Origin: an uncultured Methanomicrobiaceae archaeon
GTDB lineage: Archaea; Halobacteriota; Methanomicrobia; Methanomicrobiales; Methanoculleaceae
Direction: 5' to 3'
Assembly (NCBI GenBank): GCA_963826525.1
Contig: CAWGXH010000004.1
Location: 1,120,001-1,184,000, forward strand
Length of the DNA stretch: 64,000 nucleotides
This document shows positions 10,767-20,714 of the stretch, one piece after another. Each line of letters begins with the position of its first letter. Position 1 is the first letter of the stretch. The position numbers were made by a program, and so were the translations under genes. The notes under the pieces were generated by a model. The model ran no database searches. It was not told the origin of the DNA and worked only from the letters and a program-made list of their open reading frames with translations.

Positions 10767-11936
10767 ATGAACGACCTGACGGGAATAATGACTATCCGGG
10801 ACGGCAGGCGAGCCCGGATGGCGGTTTTATGTATTGTCTGCGCCGCTCTTCTGCTGGCCGTCCCCGCGTGTGCGGGACCTGCGGACGTGACGGTGACATC
10901 CTTTACCCTTGACCCGCCGGTGCTGATGCGGGGGGATGAGGGTATTCTCACCGTAACCGTGCAGAATACCGGGCCTGATGCCGTGGCCATCAGCCACGCC
11001 CGCCTCTACGCCGACAAGGTTGTGGTGCTGAGCGACCCCTACCCCTCGGTCGGGGATATCGGTGCCGGGAACGCCAAACAGTTCGCCTTCACCGTCCGGG
11101 CGGACGCCCCCGACGGCACCTACTACCCGAAGTTCGTCCTCGAGTTCAGGGACGACGGCAGCCTCCGCTACCCGATACCGGTTCGGGTGGAGAGCACCGG
11201 GGTGCAGGCGGCGGTGGCTGCAGAGCCCGATACCTTCTCTGAAGGACGGGAGGCCGATGTAGCGGTGCAGGTAGGCAACCCCCGTTCGACCGCGGTGACC
11301 GGCGTCCGGATCGTTCCCGAAGGAACCGGCTTTACGGCGGTTCCCTCGAGCGCGTTTATCGGCACGCTCGAGCCCGACGGGGCTGCACGGGTGCTCTTCA
11401 ACATCACCCCGCAGGAGCCGACGAACCTCACGTTCCGCGTGTTCTACCGGAACGGGCAGAACGCTCACGAGACCGTGCTGACGCTTCCGGTCGCCTTCGG
11501 GAGCGATAAGCGGCGTGCCGACCCTGTCCTGACGAATATCGAGGTGCTACAGGAGGGAAGCATCTACCGCGTCACCGGGGACGTGACCAATGCCGGCCTC
11601 GAGTCGGCACGGTCGGTGATCATCACGAGCGCCGACCCGGCCGTACCGACCGATCCGTACCGGGTCTACGTCGTCGGGACGCTCGATCCCGATGACTTCT
11701 CGAGTTTCGAGGTAACCTTCGGCACGATTGGCAACGTCTCGGAGGTGCCGCTGGTCGTCGAGTACCGTGACGAAGACGGCAACCTCTACACCGCGAGAAG
11801 CACGATCGCGCTCGAAAACAGCACGGCGACGGCGGGGGAGGGAGGCTCGCCGGTCGTTCCGATAGCGATCGTCGCGGTGGTGCTGATCGTGGCCGCCGGC
11901 GCGGGGTACTACCTCCTCCGGCGGAGACGCGGATGA
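10767..11936 (+). CDS. COG1361-like S-layer/Ig-fold membrane-anchored protein
   Basis: Signal peptide, DPPVLMRGD, VGTLDPDDFSSFEV, C-terminal TM helix plus RRRR; start codon uncertain. Confidence 0.8.
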   Translation: MNDLTGIMTIRDGRRARMAVLCIVCAALLLAVPACAGPADVTVTSFTLDPPVLMRGDEGILTVTVQNTGPDAVAISHARLYADKVVVLSDPYPSVGDIGAGNAKQFAFTVRADAPDGTYYPKFVLEFRDDGSLRYPIPVRVESTGVQAAVAAEPDTFSEGREADVAVQVGNPRSTAVTGVRIVPEGTGFTAVPSSAFIGTLEPDGAARVLFNITPQEPTNLTFRVFYRNGQNAHETVLTLPVAFGSDKRRADPVLTNIEVLQEGSIYRVTGDVTNAGLESARSVIITSADPAVPTDPYRVYVVGTLDPDDFSSFEVTFGTIGNVSEVPLVVEYRDEDGNLYTARSTIALENSTATAGEGGSPVVPIAIVAVVLIVAAGAGYYLLRRRRG

Positions 11937-12607
11937 ACGGCGAACCCGTCATCAGGTTCGACGACGTCTCGAAGATATACCCGCTTCCCGGCGGCGACGT
12001 CGTCGCACTCGACCACGTCTCCCTCACCGTGGAGCCCGGCGAGTTCATTGCCATCATGGGGCCGTCCGGGTCGGGGAAGTCGACGCTCCTCAACCTGATG
12101 GGCTGCCTCGATGTCCCCACTCACGGCAGGATCTACATCAACGGCGAGGAGATCAGCCGCATGAGCGACGACGAGCTCACCCGGCTCCGGCGAAACCACA
12201 TCGGGTTCATCTTCCAGCAGTTCAATCTCATTCCGCTCCTCTCCGCCTTCGAGAACGTCGAGTTCCCGATCATCCTTACCGAGAACCGGAGCGAGAGCCG
12301 GGAGCGGGCGCTCCAGGTACTCCGGTCGATGGACCTTGAAGAGGGGCTTTTTGCCCATAAACCGAGCGAGCTCTCGGGCGGCCAGCAGCAGCGAGTGGCG
12401 ATAGCCCGGGCGCTCGTCAACGACCCCGAACTCCTGCTCTGCGACGAGCCGACCGGCAACCTCGATTCGAAGACCGGGACCGCCATCATGGATCTCCTCC
12501 GCAGTATGAACGCCGAAGGCAAGACCATCGTCATGGTCACCCACGACCCGAAGGTCGCCGGGTACGCTCACCGCCATATTCAGATCGTGGACGGCAGACT
12601 GGTATGA
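11933..12607 (+). CDS. ABC transporter ATP-binding protein (LolD/MacB family)
   Basis: GPSGSGKS, LSGGQQQRVAIARAL, DEPTGNLD, VTHD. Confidence 0.95.
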   Translation: MNGEPVIRFDDVSKIYPLPGGDVVALDHVSLTVEPGEFIAIMGPSGSGKSTLLNLMGCLDVPTHGRIYINGEEISRMSDDELTRLRRNHIGFIFQQFNLIPLLSAFENVEFPIILTENRSESRERALQVLRSMDLEEGLFAHKPSELSGGQQQRVAIARALVNDPELLLCDEPTGNLDSKTGTAIMDLLRSMNAEGKTIVMVTHDPKVAGYAHRHIQIVDGRLV

Positions 12608-13806
12608 TATTCTTCAATTTCGCGGCCAGGAACCTCCGAAGGCACTGGGTACGCTCCTCCCTCTCGATCATCGGGATCGTCATCGGTGTGATTGCGATAG
12701 CCTCCCTCGGGATCATGGGCAACAGCATCAACCTCCTCGTGGCAAACCTCATCACCGACGTCGGGGATACCGTCGTGATCACGCCGCACACCGCCGTCGG
12801 CGACACCTTTGCCGGCGACCCTCGAACGGCGGTCGACGTCTCCATCCCCGCCCGCCAGGTGGACGAGATCAGGCGGGTGACAAGCCCGCAACGGGTGATC
12901 CCGGTGTTGCAGGGCGCGGACGAGGTGGCGTTCGGCGGCGGCGAGAGCGGGTATGCCCAGATTCTCGGGCTTGACGCTGGGGACATCCCGGTCCTGCTCG
13001 ATATCGAAGACGGGCAGTACCCGCGGCAGAACCAGCCGGGAGCGCTCGTCGGGACGTACCTTGCGGATGAATATGACATCGCGCCCGGCGCCCGGATCAC
13101 GATCGGCGGCGAGGAGATCCGGGTGGCGGGGCTGCTCGCCGAGCGGGGATTTGCCGCCGACATCAACCCCGACTACGCGATCGTCGTGCCGTCCGACTGG
13201 TACCAGGGCCACTTCGGCACTGGGGACGAGTACTCGATGGTGATCATCCGGGTCGGCGACGTCGCCGAGATCGATACCGTGAAGAATGCCGTGGACGACC
13301 AGCTCAACCGGCACGAGAAGACGGTCGACATCTTCGACTCCCGGGAGTCTCTAAAACAGTACGAGGATATCTACCAGCAGATAACGACGTTCCTCGTCGG
13401 CATCGGGGGGATCTCCCTCCTCGTCGCCGCCGTGAACATCTTGAACGTCATGTACATATCGGTGACCGAACGCATCCATGAGATCGGCATCATGCGGAGC
13501 ATCGGCGTCCTGCGGCGCGAAGTGCTCGTGATGTTCCTGTACGAGGCTGCAATCCTCGGCGTTATCGGGAGCGTCATCGGCGGCACCTTCAGCACCGTCG
13601 GCGGCTACTTCATCAGCGTCGCCGCGATCGAGGTTTTCACCGCCGGAACCACCTTCGGGGAGAACTTCACGGTCTTTAACCTGACCGCCGTGGGGTTCAT
13701 CGTCGGCGGAATGCTCTTCGGGATCGCAACGAGTATCGTGGCCGGGTTCTACCCCGCCTGGAAGGCTGCACAGCAGCTGCCGATAGAGGCGATGCGCCAT
13801 GACTGA
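12604..13806 (+). CDS. ABC permease (MacB/FtsX family) 1
   Basis: RSSLSIIGIVIG, SVTERIHEIGIMRSIG, YPAWKAA..PIEAMR. Confidence 0.9.
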   Translation: MIFFNFAARNLRRHWVRSSLSIIGIVIGVIAIASLGIMGNSINLLVANLITDVGDTVVITPHTAVGDTFAGDPRTAVDVSIPARQVDEIRRVTSPQRVIPVLQGADEVAFGGGESGYAQILGLDAGDIPVLLDIEDGQYPRQNQPGALVGTYLADEYDIAPGARITIGGEEIRVAGLLAERGFAADINPDYAIVVPSDWYQGHFGTGDEYSMVIIRVGDVAEIDTVKNAVDDQLNRHEKTVDIFDSRESLKQYEDIYQQITTFLVGIGGISLLVAAVNILNVMYISVTERIHEIGIMRSIGVLRREVLVMFLYEAAILGVIGSVIGGTFSTVGGYFISVAAIEVFTAGTTFGENFTVFNLTAVGFIVGGMLFGIATSIVAGFYPAWKAAQQLPIEAMRHD

Positions 13807-15011
13807 CGGCCATCGGGCGATCCTCTATAGCCTCGCGGTGCGGAACCTCGAGCGGCATAAAGTCCGCTCGGGCCTCGCCACGATCGGGATCATCATCGGC
13901 GTGATTGCGGTCGCCTCCCTCGGGATCATGGGCACCAGCCTCTCGGCGCTCGTCGGCGGGCTGGTCTCGGACGTGAGCGATACCGTGCTCGTCACCCCCC
14001 ACCTCGCGGCATCCAGCGGCGACCCGTTCGACCCCAGGAACACGCTCGCCTCACGGATCTCGGACCGGGACGTGGCGCTGATAGAGCAGGCCGCCGGGCA
14101 GAACCGCGTCATTCCCATGATCCGGACCGCGGAACGGATAACGGTTGGCGATGAGGGCGGGTATACCCCGGTGTACGTGCTGCAGGCGGACGATATTCCC
14201 TTCCTGCTCGAGAAAGAGTCCGGGCTCTACCCGCAGACGACATCGTCGGGCGTGATGGTGGGCTCGCTCCTTGCCGATGAGTTCGACCTGCATTCGGGAA
14301 GCCGGATCGAGGTCGGCAATGAGAGCGTCCGCGTCGTCGGCATTGCCGCCGAGCGGGGGATGGGGATCGATATCAATCCCGATTACGCCGTCATCGTCAC
14401 CGATGCGTGGTATGCCGAGCGGCACGGCGAGCAGGAGTACAGTCAGGTCGTGGTGAAGGTTGCCGACCTTGACGAGGTCGAGGGGGTGAAGGCCGCCATC
14501 GAACGGCAGCTCAACCGCAGGGAAGAGACGGTGGACGTCCTTGACTCGCGCGAGATTCTGGAGATCTACTACCAGACCTTCGACGCCATCAACGTCTTTC
14601 TCCTCGGCATCGGTGCGGTATCCCTCTTCGTCGCCAGCGTCTCCATCCTCAACGTGATGATCATCTCCGTCACCGAGCGGACGCGGGAGATCGGGCTGAT
14701 GCGGAGCATCGGCGCCGAGAGGCGGGAGGTGATGGCCATGTTCCTCTATGAAGCGCTGGTCACTCGGTATCGCGGGAAGTATCATCGGCGGGCTCGTCAG
14801 CGCCGTCGTCGGGTTCTACGTCAGCGCATCGGTCGCTGAGTTCCTGACCGGGTACGTCGCGACGGACGGGGTGGCCGCCTTAAGCCCCGCCGCATTCGGG
14901 TACATCGTCTTCGGCATCCTCTTCGGCATCGCGGCAAGCGTCATTGCCGGCCTGTACCCCGCCTGGAAAGCGGCACAGCTCAATCCGATAGACGCACTCC
15001 GCTACGAGTGA
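13799..15011 (+). CDS. ABC permease (MacB/FtsX family) 2 (frameshift ~14761)
   Basis: Same motifs; C-terminus in ORF 14748..15011 (YPAWKAAQLNPIDALRYE). Confidence 0.88.
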
Positions 15012-15065
15012 TCGGCGGCGGAAAGGGTTATCTCTCCGCCCGTCCCCTCACCTTCCGGAGGCTCC

Positions 15066-16247
15066 ATGATCTTCTTCGATTTCGCCCGGCGAAATATCAG
15101 GCTCCACTGGTTCCGCTCGGTTCTTGCGGTCATCGGGATCGTCATAGGTGTGATCGCGATCGCGTCGCTCGGGATCTTGAGTAACAGCCTCGTCCTCTCG
15201 ATCACGGAGACGATCTCCGACGTCGGGGATACCGTCATCGTCACCCCGCACGCCGGCACAGCCGCCCAAGGCGGGCCGGGAGCTCCCGGCGGCGGCATCA
15301 CGAGCAATACCCTCTCCGACCAGCAGGTCGAGCAGATACGGCGGGCGGTGGGGCAGAACACGGTGATCCCCCTCTCGCAGGGGGGCGACCGGATCGTCGT
15401 CGGCGGCGAGACCGGGGCGGCGGTGATCTATGCCATGCCGGTCGAGGATATGCCGGTTCTCCTCGACCTCACGGACGGGATCTATCCGCGGAGCAGCTCC
15501 GGTGCGCTTGCCGGGAGCGTCCTTGCGGAGGAATTCGGTCTCGAACCGGGGAGCCGCGTCCAGGTCGGGAGCAACGCCTCGAATAACATCCGCGTCGTCG
15601 GGATCATCGCCGAAAGGGGTGTCGGGTTCGATATCAACCCCGATTCTGCCCTGATCGTCCCTGAGACCTGGTACAGCGAAACCTACGGTGAGGAGGGCTA
15701 CGACCAGGTTATCGTCAAAGTCCGCGACGTGAACGATATCGACGAGGTGAAATCGGCGATCGAGGCGGCGCTCAACCGGCGGGAGACGGTGGTCGACGTG
15801 ATGGATACGAGGATGATCCTCGAAAGCCTCTTTCAGGCCTTCGATCAGATCACGGTCTTTACCCTTGCCATCGGGAGCATCTCGCTCGTCGTCGCCGGCG
15901 TCTCCATCTTAAACGTCATGATGATGTCGGTATCGGAACGGACGCGGGAGATCGGGGTGATGCGGAGCATCGGCACCCGGCAGCGGGACGTGCTCAAGAT
16001 GTTCCTCTACGAAGCGCTGATCCTTGGTATCATCGGCAGCATCGTCGGCGGGGTGATGAGCGTCGGGACGGGGTATCTGGTGAACGCCATCGTCCTCCAG
16101 CGCCCGGAGTTCCTCTTCGTCCCGTCGAGCCTCGTCTATATCCTCTACGGCATGCTCTTCGGTGTCGTGACGAGCGTCCTTGCCGGCATCTACCCGGCGT
16201 GGAGGGCGTCGCGGTTGAACCCGATCGAGGCGCTCAGGTTCGAGTGA
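15066..16247 (+). CDS. ABC permease (MacB/FtsX family) 3
   Basis: SVSERTREIGVMRSIG, YPAWRASRLNPIEALRFE. Confidence 0.9.
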   Translation: MIFFDFARRNIRLHWFRSVLAVIGIVIGVIAIASLGILSNSLVLSITETISDVGDTVIVTPHAGTAAQGGPGAPGGGITSNTLSDQQVEQIRRAVGQNTVIPLSQGGDRIVVGGETGAAVIYAMPVEDMPVLLDLTDGIYPRSSSGALAGSVLAEEFGLEPGSRVQVGSNASNNIRVVGIIAERGVGFDINPDSALIVPETWYSETYGEEGYDQVIVKVRDVNDIDEVKSAIEAALNRRETVVDVMDTRMILESLFQAFDQITVFTLAIGSISLVVAGVSILNVMMMSVSERTREIGVMRSIGTRQRDVLKMFLYEALILGIIGSIVGGVMSVGTGYLVNAIVLQRPEFLFVPSSLVYILYGMLFGVVTSVLAGIYPAWRASRLNPIEALRFE

Positions 16248-16314
16248 CCCGGCGGATACCGGAGGGAATGATTCTTCGTCACGGAGCACCTACTCCTGTT
16301 GCAGAGTTGCCCGC

Positions 16315-16485
16315 ATGAGCGATGAAATCTGTTCGGTATGTGGAAAGAGGGCAATCGGGTGCCAGATACTCGGCTGCTGCGGTGCAAACGTCTGCGAGGA
16401 GCACGCTGACCCGATGCTCCGCGATCTTTCCCCCGGAGAGAGGCGGCACTCCGGTGCCTGCTACTTCGTCAGGTTTTCCGGGTGA
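16315..16485 (+). CDS. 56-aa Cys-rich zinc-finger microprotein (not in the ORF track)
   Basis: Hand translation: MSDEICSVCGKRAIGCQILGCCGANVCEEHADPMLRDLSPGERRHSGACYFVRFSG*; CxxC...CC...CxxH. Confidence 0.7.
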   Translation: MSDEICSVCGKRAIGCQILGCCGANVCEEHADPMLRDLSPGERRHSGACYFVRFSG

Positions 16486-16660
16486 TGCCCGGGCTTACGG
16501 TCGTTCGGTTCCCCGGTATGGGGAGTCCCGCCCGCCCGATGCGCACGAACCTTTTTATCCGAGATGGGATGATATTTCCTTTCGTCCAGACCAACCATAT
16601 ACAACCATATATAATCTCAATTGGGTTGGATACAATCAAGGGAACGTGTGTGTTGCGAAA

Positions 16661-17821
16661 ATGTTGCAGATGATTACCTGGCTCAATGAGGCCTTCGGCA
16701 CCGTTAAACCGACGCGTGCGACGATAATGCGGGCGCTCCGCCATCTCCGCCCCGCGGATCGGCAGAAGCTCTTCTCCGAGGATATTCCCCAGATGCGAAC
16801 CGCCGAAGGGCGGTGGTTCGAGGCGATCGTCTACGAGATGATCCTCGACCTCTCAATGCAGTCGAACCTTATCCGGTCGGTGGTGAAGCGTGGAGCCGAT
16901 GCACCGGGAAAATCGAAACGTGCCCAGCTCGGTCAGAACGGTATTTTTTACTCGAACATCGGCGACATCAAGATCCGGGGGAACGGGCAGGACCTCGCCG
17001 AGGTCGACCTGGTGCTCGTCGACCATACCGGGGCGTTCGCGTTCGGGGAGATTATAACCTCCCCGGCAGACTTGAAGGAACTCGAGGAGGAGATCCATTA
17101 TAAGAAACGTCTCTTCGGCTACCTCTACGGCCAGGCCAACGTGCCGTTCCTGCTGATCTCCTCCGTCGATATCTCCCGCACCGCCGTGGTGCGGCGGCTC
17201 ATGAAGGAGCCTGATAACGTCCTTCTGACCACCCCGACCTGCGAGGATCTCAAGGCACTTATCAAACCGCGTGATCTCCGGAAGGTTCCGTCAAAGCAGC
17301 AGGTTAAAAACCCGAAGATGATCTCGATCAGCGAGATCGAACCGCGCCGACCGTTCGACTACAAGGAGCTGCACGACGAACGGCTCCAGAGCATCGTCGA
17401 GGCCGTGACCGGGAACGGCGGTATCGAAGCGCTCAGAAGACGCGATGAGATCCCCCCTATCGTCAAGAAGATCCTCTTTGGGGGACTGTACCCCTCCGCC
17501 GTCAAGATGCTCGACCAGCACCATCCGATCCGCATCAAGGGAAAAGGCTACGATCCCGATGCGATCGCGAAACAGTTCTCAAAAGTCATCCTGGCGGTCA
17601 ATCTCCCGGAGTACAAGCCGATCATCTACCTGCGGGCGAAAGACAGACGGGAGTATCTCAAGATGGTGCCGGACAGGTCGGGCGGGTTCAAGTTCGAGAG
17701 CCGCCGCACGCCGCATATGGCCGGGTTCTTCCTCTGGCTCGAGTCCACCCGCCCGACGCTCGGGGCGGAGCTGACAAAGTCGCTCCTCGACACCTTCGCC
17801 GTCATGCAGAAGACGCCCTGA
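16661..17821 (+). CDS. Hypothetical protein with PD-(D/E)xK-like nuclease fold
   Basis: GRWFE...EVDLVLVD...FGEI pattern; AT-rich promoter-like region at 16590-16625 supports a start at 16661 or 16670. Confidence 0.6.
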   Translation: MLQMITWLNEAFGTVKPTRATIMRALRHLRPADRQKLFSEDIPQMRTAEGRWFEAIVYEMILDLSMQSNLIRSVVKRGADAPGKSKRAQLGQNGIFYSNIGDIKIRGNGQDLAEVDLVLVDHTGAFAFGEIITSPADLKELEEEIHYKKRLFGYLYGQANVPFLLISSVDISRTAVVRRLMKEPDNVLLTTPTCEDLKALIKPRDLRKVPSKQQVKNPKMISISEIEPRRPFDYKELHDERLQSIVEAVTGNGGIEALRRRDEIPPIVKKILFGGLYPSAVKMLDQHHPIRIKGKGYDPDAIAKQFSKVILAVNLPEYKPIIYLRAKDRREYLKMVPDRSGGFKFESRRTPHMAGFFLWLESTRPTLGAELTKSLLDTFAVMQKTP

Positions 17822-17953
17822 TCCTCTTCTCCCTTCCCCCATTCGGTCTATCCGCCCGGTAAAACCGCATGATACTTATAACACCCCGTAGCAGTATCGA
17901 TACTATCGCGACCAGAGCGCCCCGGGGTGCTGCAGGTCCGGTGAGGAGAAGGT

Positions 17954-18592
17954 ATGGTAGCGATACCCGGAACGGAAGGACTGGTCGAGTTCGCCCTCGT
18001 GGCCATCGCTTCGGTTATTGCTGTCATGAACCCGGCATCGACGACGGCGGTATCGACGGCGCTCATGGAGGATATGCGCCAGCCCGAGCGCCGGATGGTG
18101 ATCCTCGAGTCGATAAAGATCTCGCTTATCGTGCTGCTCTTCTTCGCGTTCACGGGAGGGCTTCTCTTCTCCGTCTTCTCGATCACCGTCCCGGCGTTCC
18201 GGATTGCGGGCGGCATCCTGCTGCTGACGACGGCGATGGGGATGCTGAAACCGAGGCCGGAGACCTACTCTCACGAGGAGCTCGAGAACATCGCCGTCGT
18301 TCCGCTGGCGTTCCCGCTCACCTGCGGTGCCGGCACGATCACGACGGTCATCCTGCTCGCCTCCGAAGCGGTAGGCCCGCTTCAGCTCGCGGCGGTTATC
18401 GGAGCGATCCTCGTCGCCCTTGCCCTCTCCTACGTGGGGATGCTGTACGGGCCGCAGATATTCCGGGTCATCGGGCAGGAAGGTCTTGCCGTCATCCCGA
18501 AACTGATGGCGATCATCGTCCTCGCGCTTGCGGTGCAGTTCATCATCACCGGGATTGCCGAGGCGCTGCCGCAGATCGTGAGCAATCTGTGA
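17954..18592 (+). CDS. marC: MarC family membrane protein
   Basis: AVMNP, FRIAGGILL, IAVVPLAFPL..GAGTITT, LALAVQFI. Confidence 0.9.
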   Translation: MVAIPGTEGLVEFALVAIASVIAVMNPASTTAVSTALMEDMRQPERRMVILESIKISLIVLLFFAFTGGLLFSVFSITVPAFRIAGGILLLTTAMGMLKPRPETYSHEELENIAVVPLAFPLTCGAGTITTVILLASEAVGPLQLAAVIGAILVALALSYVGMLYGPQIFRVIGQEGLAVIPKLMAIIVLALAVQFIITGIAEALPQIVSNL

Positions 18593-18616
18593 CCGGAAGG
18601 GGAAGAGAGGCTGTGC

Positions 18617-19603
18617 ATGGATCTGCAGATTACCGTCATCCTGATGCTCCAGAGCCTCTCTCCCTGGCTCGACGCACCCATGCGCCTCTTCTCGCTCCTC
18701 GGCCAGCCCGAGTTCTACCTGCTGATCATCCCCCTCTTCTACTGGTGCCGCGACCCCCGCCTCGGTTTCCGCCTCGGCATCCTCCTCGCGCTCAGCGTGG
18801 GATTGAACGATATCCTAAAGACGGTATTTCACATGCCCCGGCCGTACTGGGTCAGTCCCGAGGTTGCGGCGCTGAACACCTACCCCTCCTTCGGCCTTCC
18901 GTCGGGGCACGCTCAGGGAGCCGTCACGTTCTGGGGATATCTCGCCGTCAGTCTTCGGCGGCGGTGGTTCTCGCTCCTCGCCGCCGTCCTGATCATTCTC
19001 GTCGGGGTGTCGCGGGTCTACGAGGGAGTGCACTACCCGATGGATGTCGTGGCAGGATGGCTGGTCGGCCTCGTCGTCCTCGTCGTCTTCCTCCGCCTCG
19101 AAGGGCCGGTCGGCGCACGGCTCGCGGGGCTGACGGTTCGGAAGAAAGTGCTGCTGGCTTTTGCAGCATCCCTCACCCTGCTCGCCCTCTCGCAGCTTGC
19201 CCTTGCCAGCCTCGGCGACTGGCAGGTTCCCGCCTCGTGGACGGCCGGGGCACTCGAGCGCTCGGGAGAGGCCATCGATCCGCTCTCCCCCCGGGACGGC
19301 CTTCTCGCGGCAGGCCTGCTCTTCGGGTTTGCGGCAGGCGGCGCAGCCCAGATCCATGCCGGCAGTATGTGCGCCATAGAGCGCCGCCCCGCTCTTCTGC
19401 TCGCACGGTATGCCGTCGGCATGGGTATAGCCGGCGTGATATGGTACCTCTTCGGGCTCGCCATCCCGGGAAGCGAGAGTCTGGCGGCATACATCCTCAT
19501 CTACCTCCGGGCGGCAACGGCCGCCGCCTGGGTCTCGTTCGGCGCTCCCGAACTCTTTGCCCGCATGAACCTGGCCGGGAGCGTGCACGATGATATTCGA
19601 TAG
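18617..19603 (+). CDS. PAP2 family phosphatase, membrane protein
   Basis: K....PRP, PSGHA, SRVYEGVHYPMDV. Confidence 0.9.
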   Translation: MDLQITVILMLQSLSPWLDAPMRLFSLLGQPEFYLLIIPLFYWCRDPRLGFRLGILLALSVGLNDILKTVFHMPRPYWVSPEVAALNTYPSFGLPSGHAQGAVTFWGYLAVSLRRRWFSLLAAVLIILVGVSRVYEGVHYPMDVVAGWLVGLVVLVVFLRLEGPVGARLAGLTVRKKVLLAFAASLTLLALSQLALASLGDWQVPASWTAGALERSGEAIDPLSPRDGLLAAGLLFGFAAGGAAQIHAGSMCAIERRPALLLARYAVGMGIAGVIWYLFGLAIPGSESLAAYILIYLRAATAAAWVSFGAPELFARMNLAGSVHDDIR

Positions 19604-20207
19604 AGACGAGCAGGGGCTTACCGTCCTCGAAGGGATCATCCTTCTGGCCGTCGCGGTGATCGTCACTCTGATGGCAGTACAGCACCTGACCGCACCTCCC
19701 GTCGTTCCCGACGGCATGGTCGTCTCCGCGCTCGCCGAGACGGGTGGGACACTGGTCGTCGTCGGTGACGCCTACGGCTACGCACTCGGAGACGGGAACG
19801 TCGGCGACGCCGTGCTCTCGTGCGACAGCCCTGATCCGGGCAGGATGGGCTCGGTATCCGTGACCGTCGCTCTCCTCGTCGGGGATATGGGGGCAGTCGA
19901 TATGGAGCAGGCGAAGGTGACATTCTCCACGAAGAACGACGTCGAGCTCCTGCGGATGACGAACGGGGTTCCGGTTCGCCCGCAGAACTGGACGATCCTC
20001 CAAAAACTCCACATGATCCCCGGCAAATCCGCGGATGCCGACGCCCTGCTCGAACCCGGCGAGCAGTTCGAGCTCCTGATATATCCATGCCGGTCGCTCG
20101 CACCCTACGACCGGTTTGCCGTCACCATCACCCCCGTAGAGAGCGTCCCGCTCTCGGTTTCCCGCACCGTGCCGCCGCGGATCACCCCGGTGATGGTTCT
20201 CGGGTGA
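19590..20207 (+). CDS. Archaellin/type IV pilin-like protein
   Basis: Class III signal peptide EQG/LTVLE plus hydrophobic helix; archaellin-like DALLEPGEQFEL motif. Confidence 0.75.
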   Translation: MIFDRDEQGLTVLEGIILLAVAVIVTLMAVQHLTAPPVVPDGMVVSALAETGGTLVVVGDAYGYALGDGNVGDAVLSCDSPDPGRMGSVSVTVALLVGDMGAVDMEQAKVTFSTKNDVELLRMTNGVPVRPQNWTILQKLHMIPGKSADADALLEPGEQFELLIYPCRSLAPYDRFAVTITPVESVPLSVSRTVPPRITPVMVLG

Positions 20208-20252
20208 GATTCACCCCACGACATTTTTATACGCGGGCACCTATTCTCGATC

Positions 20253-20714
20253 ATGCTTGTGGAAGGTATCGCGCTCGGCTGGATTCTGATCGTGCTGGGA
20301 GCGGTCTTGCTGCTCGTCGAAGTCGTCCAACCGGGCTTCTTCATCGCCGTCCCCGCAACGGTGCTGGTCATCCTCGGCATCCTCCTGCTGCTCGGCATCG
20401 ATATCTTAAGCTCGGTCCTGGGCCTCATCGTCGGCGTCGTTGCCGCCATTGCTACGGCACTCATCACGGTCTGGGCCTACGGCAGACTGACCCCGGATCG
20501 AATGCCGACGACGATCAGCCGGGACTCCCTGGCGGGAAAGGAAGGGCTGGTCGCGCGGACGGTGGATGAAGAGACGATCGCCGGCAAGGTGATGATCGGG
20601 AGCAGCGAGTGGAGTGCCCGGTCGGTGCACGGCACCATCCCGGTAGGGAAAAGAGTTATCGTCGTACGATCCGAGGGAGTGCATATCGTCGTTAAGGAGA
20701 AGGAGAACGTATGA
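20253..20714 (+). CDS. NfeD-like protein
   Basis: Three TM helices plus OB-fold (GKV....WSARS, G.RV.VVRSEGV); next to the SPFH gene. Confidence 0.9.
   Translation: MLVEGIALGWILIVLGAVLLLVEVVQPGFFIAVPATVLVILGILLLLGIDILSSVLGLIVGVVAAIATALITVWAYGRLTPDRMPTTISRDSLAGKEGLVARTVDEETIAGKVMIGSSEWSARSVHGTIPVGKRVIVVRSEGVHIVVKEKENV

Noticed and set aside
16322-16660. N-terminal 113 aa of ORF 16322..17821
   Set aside because: Overlaps a better small Zn-finger ORF and an AT-rich promoter-like tract; the real start is likely 16661 or 16670.
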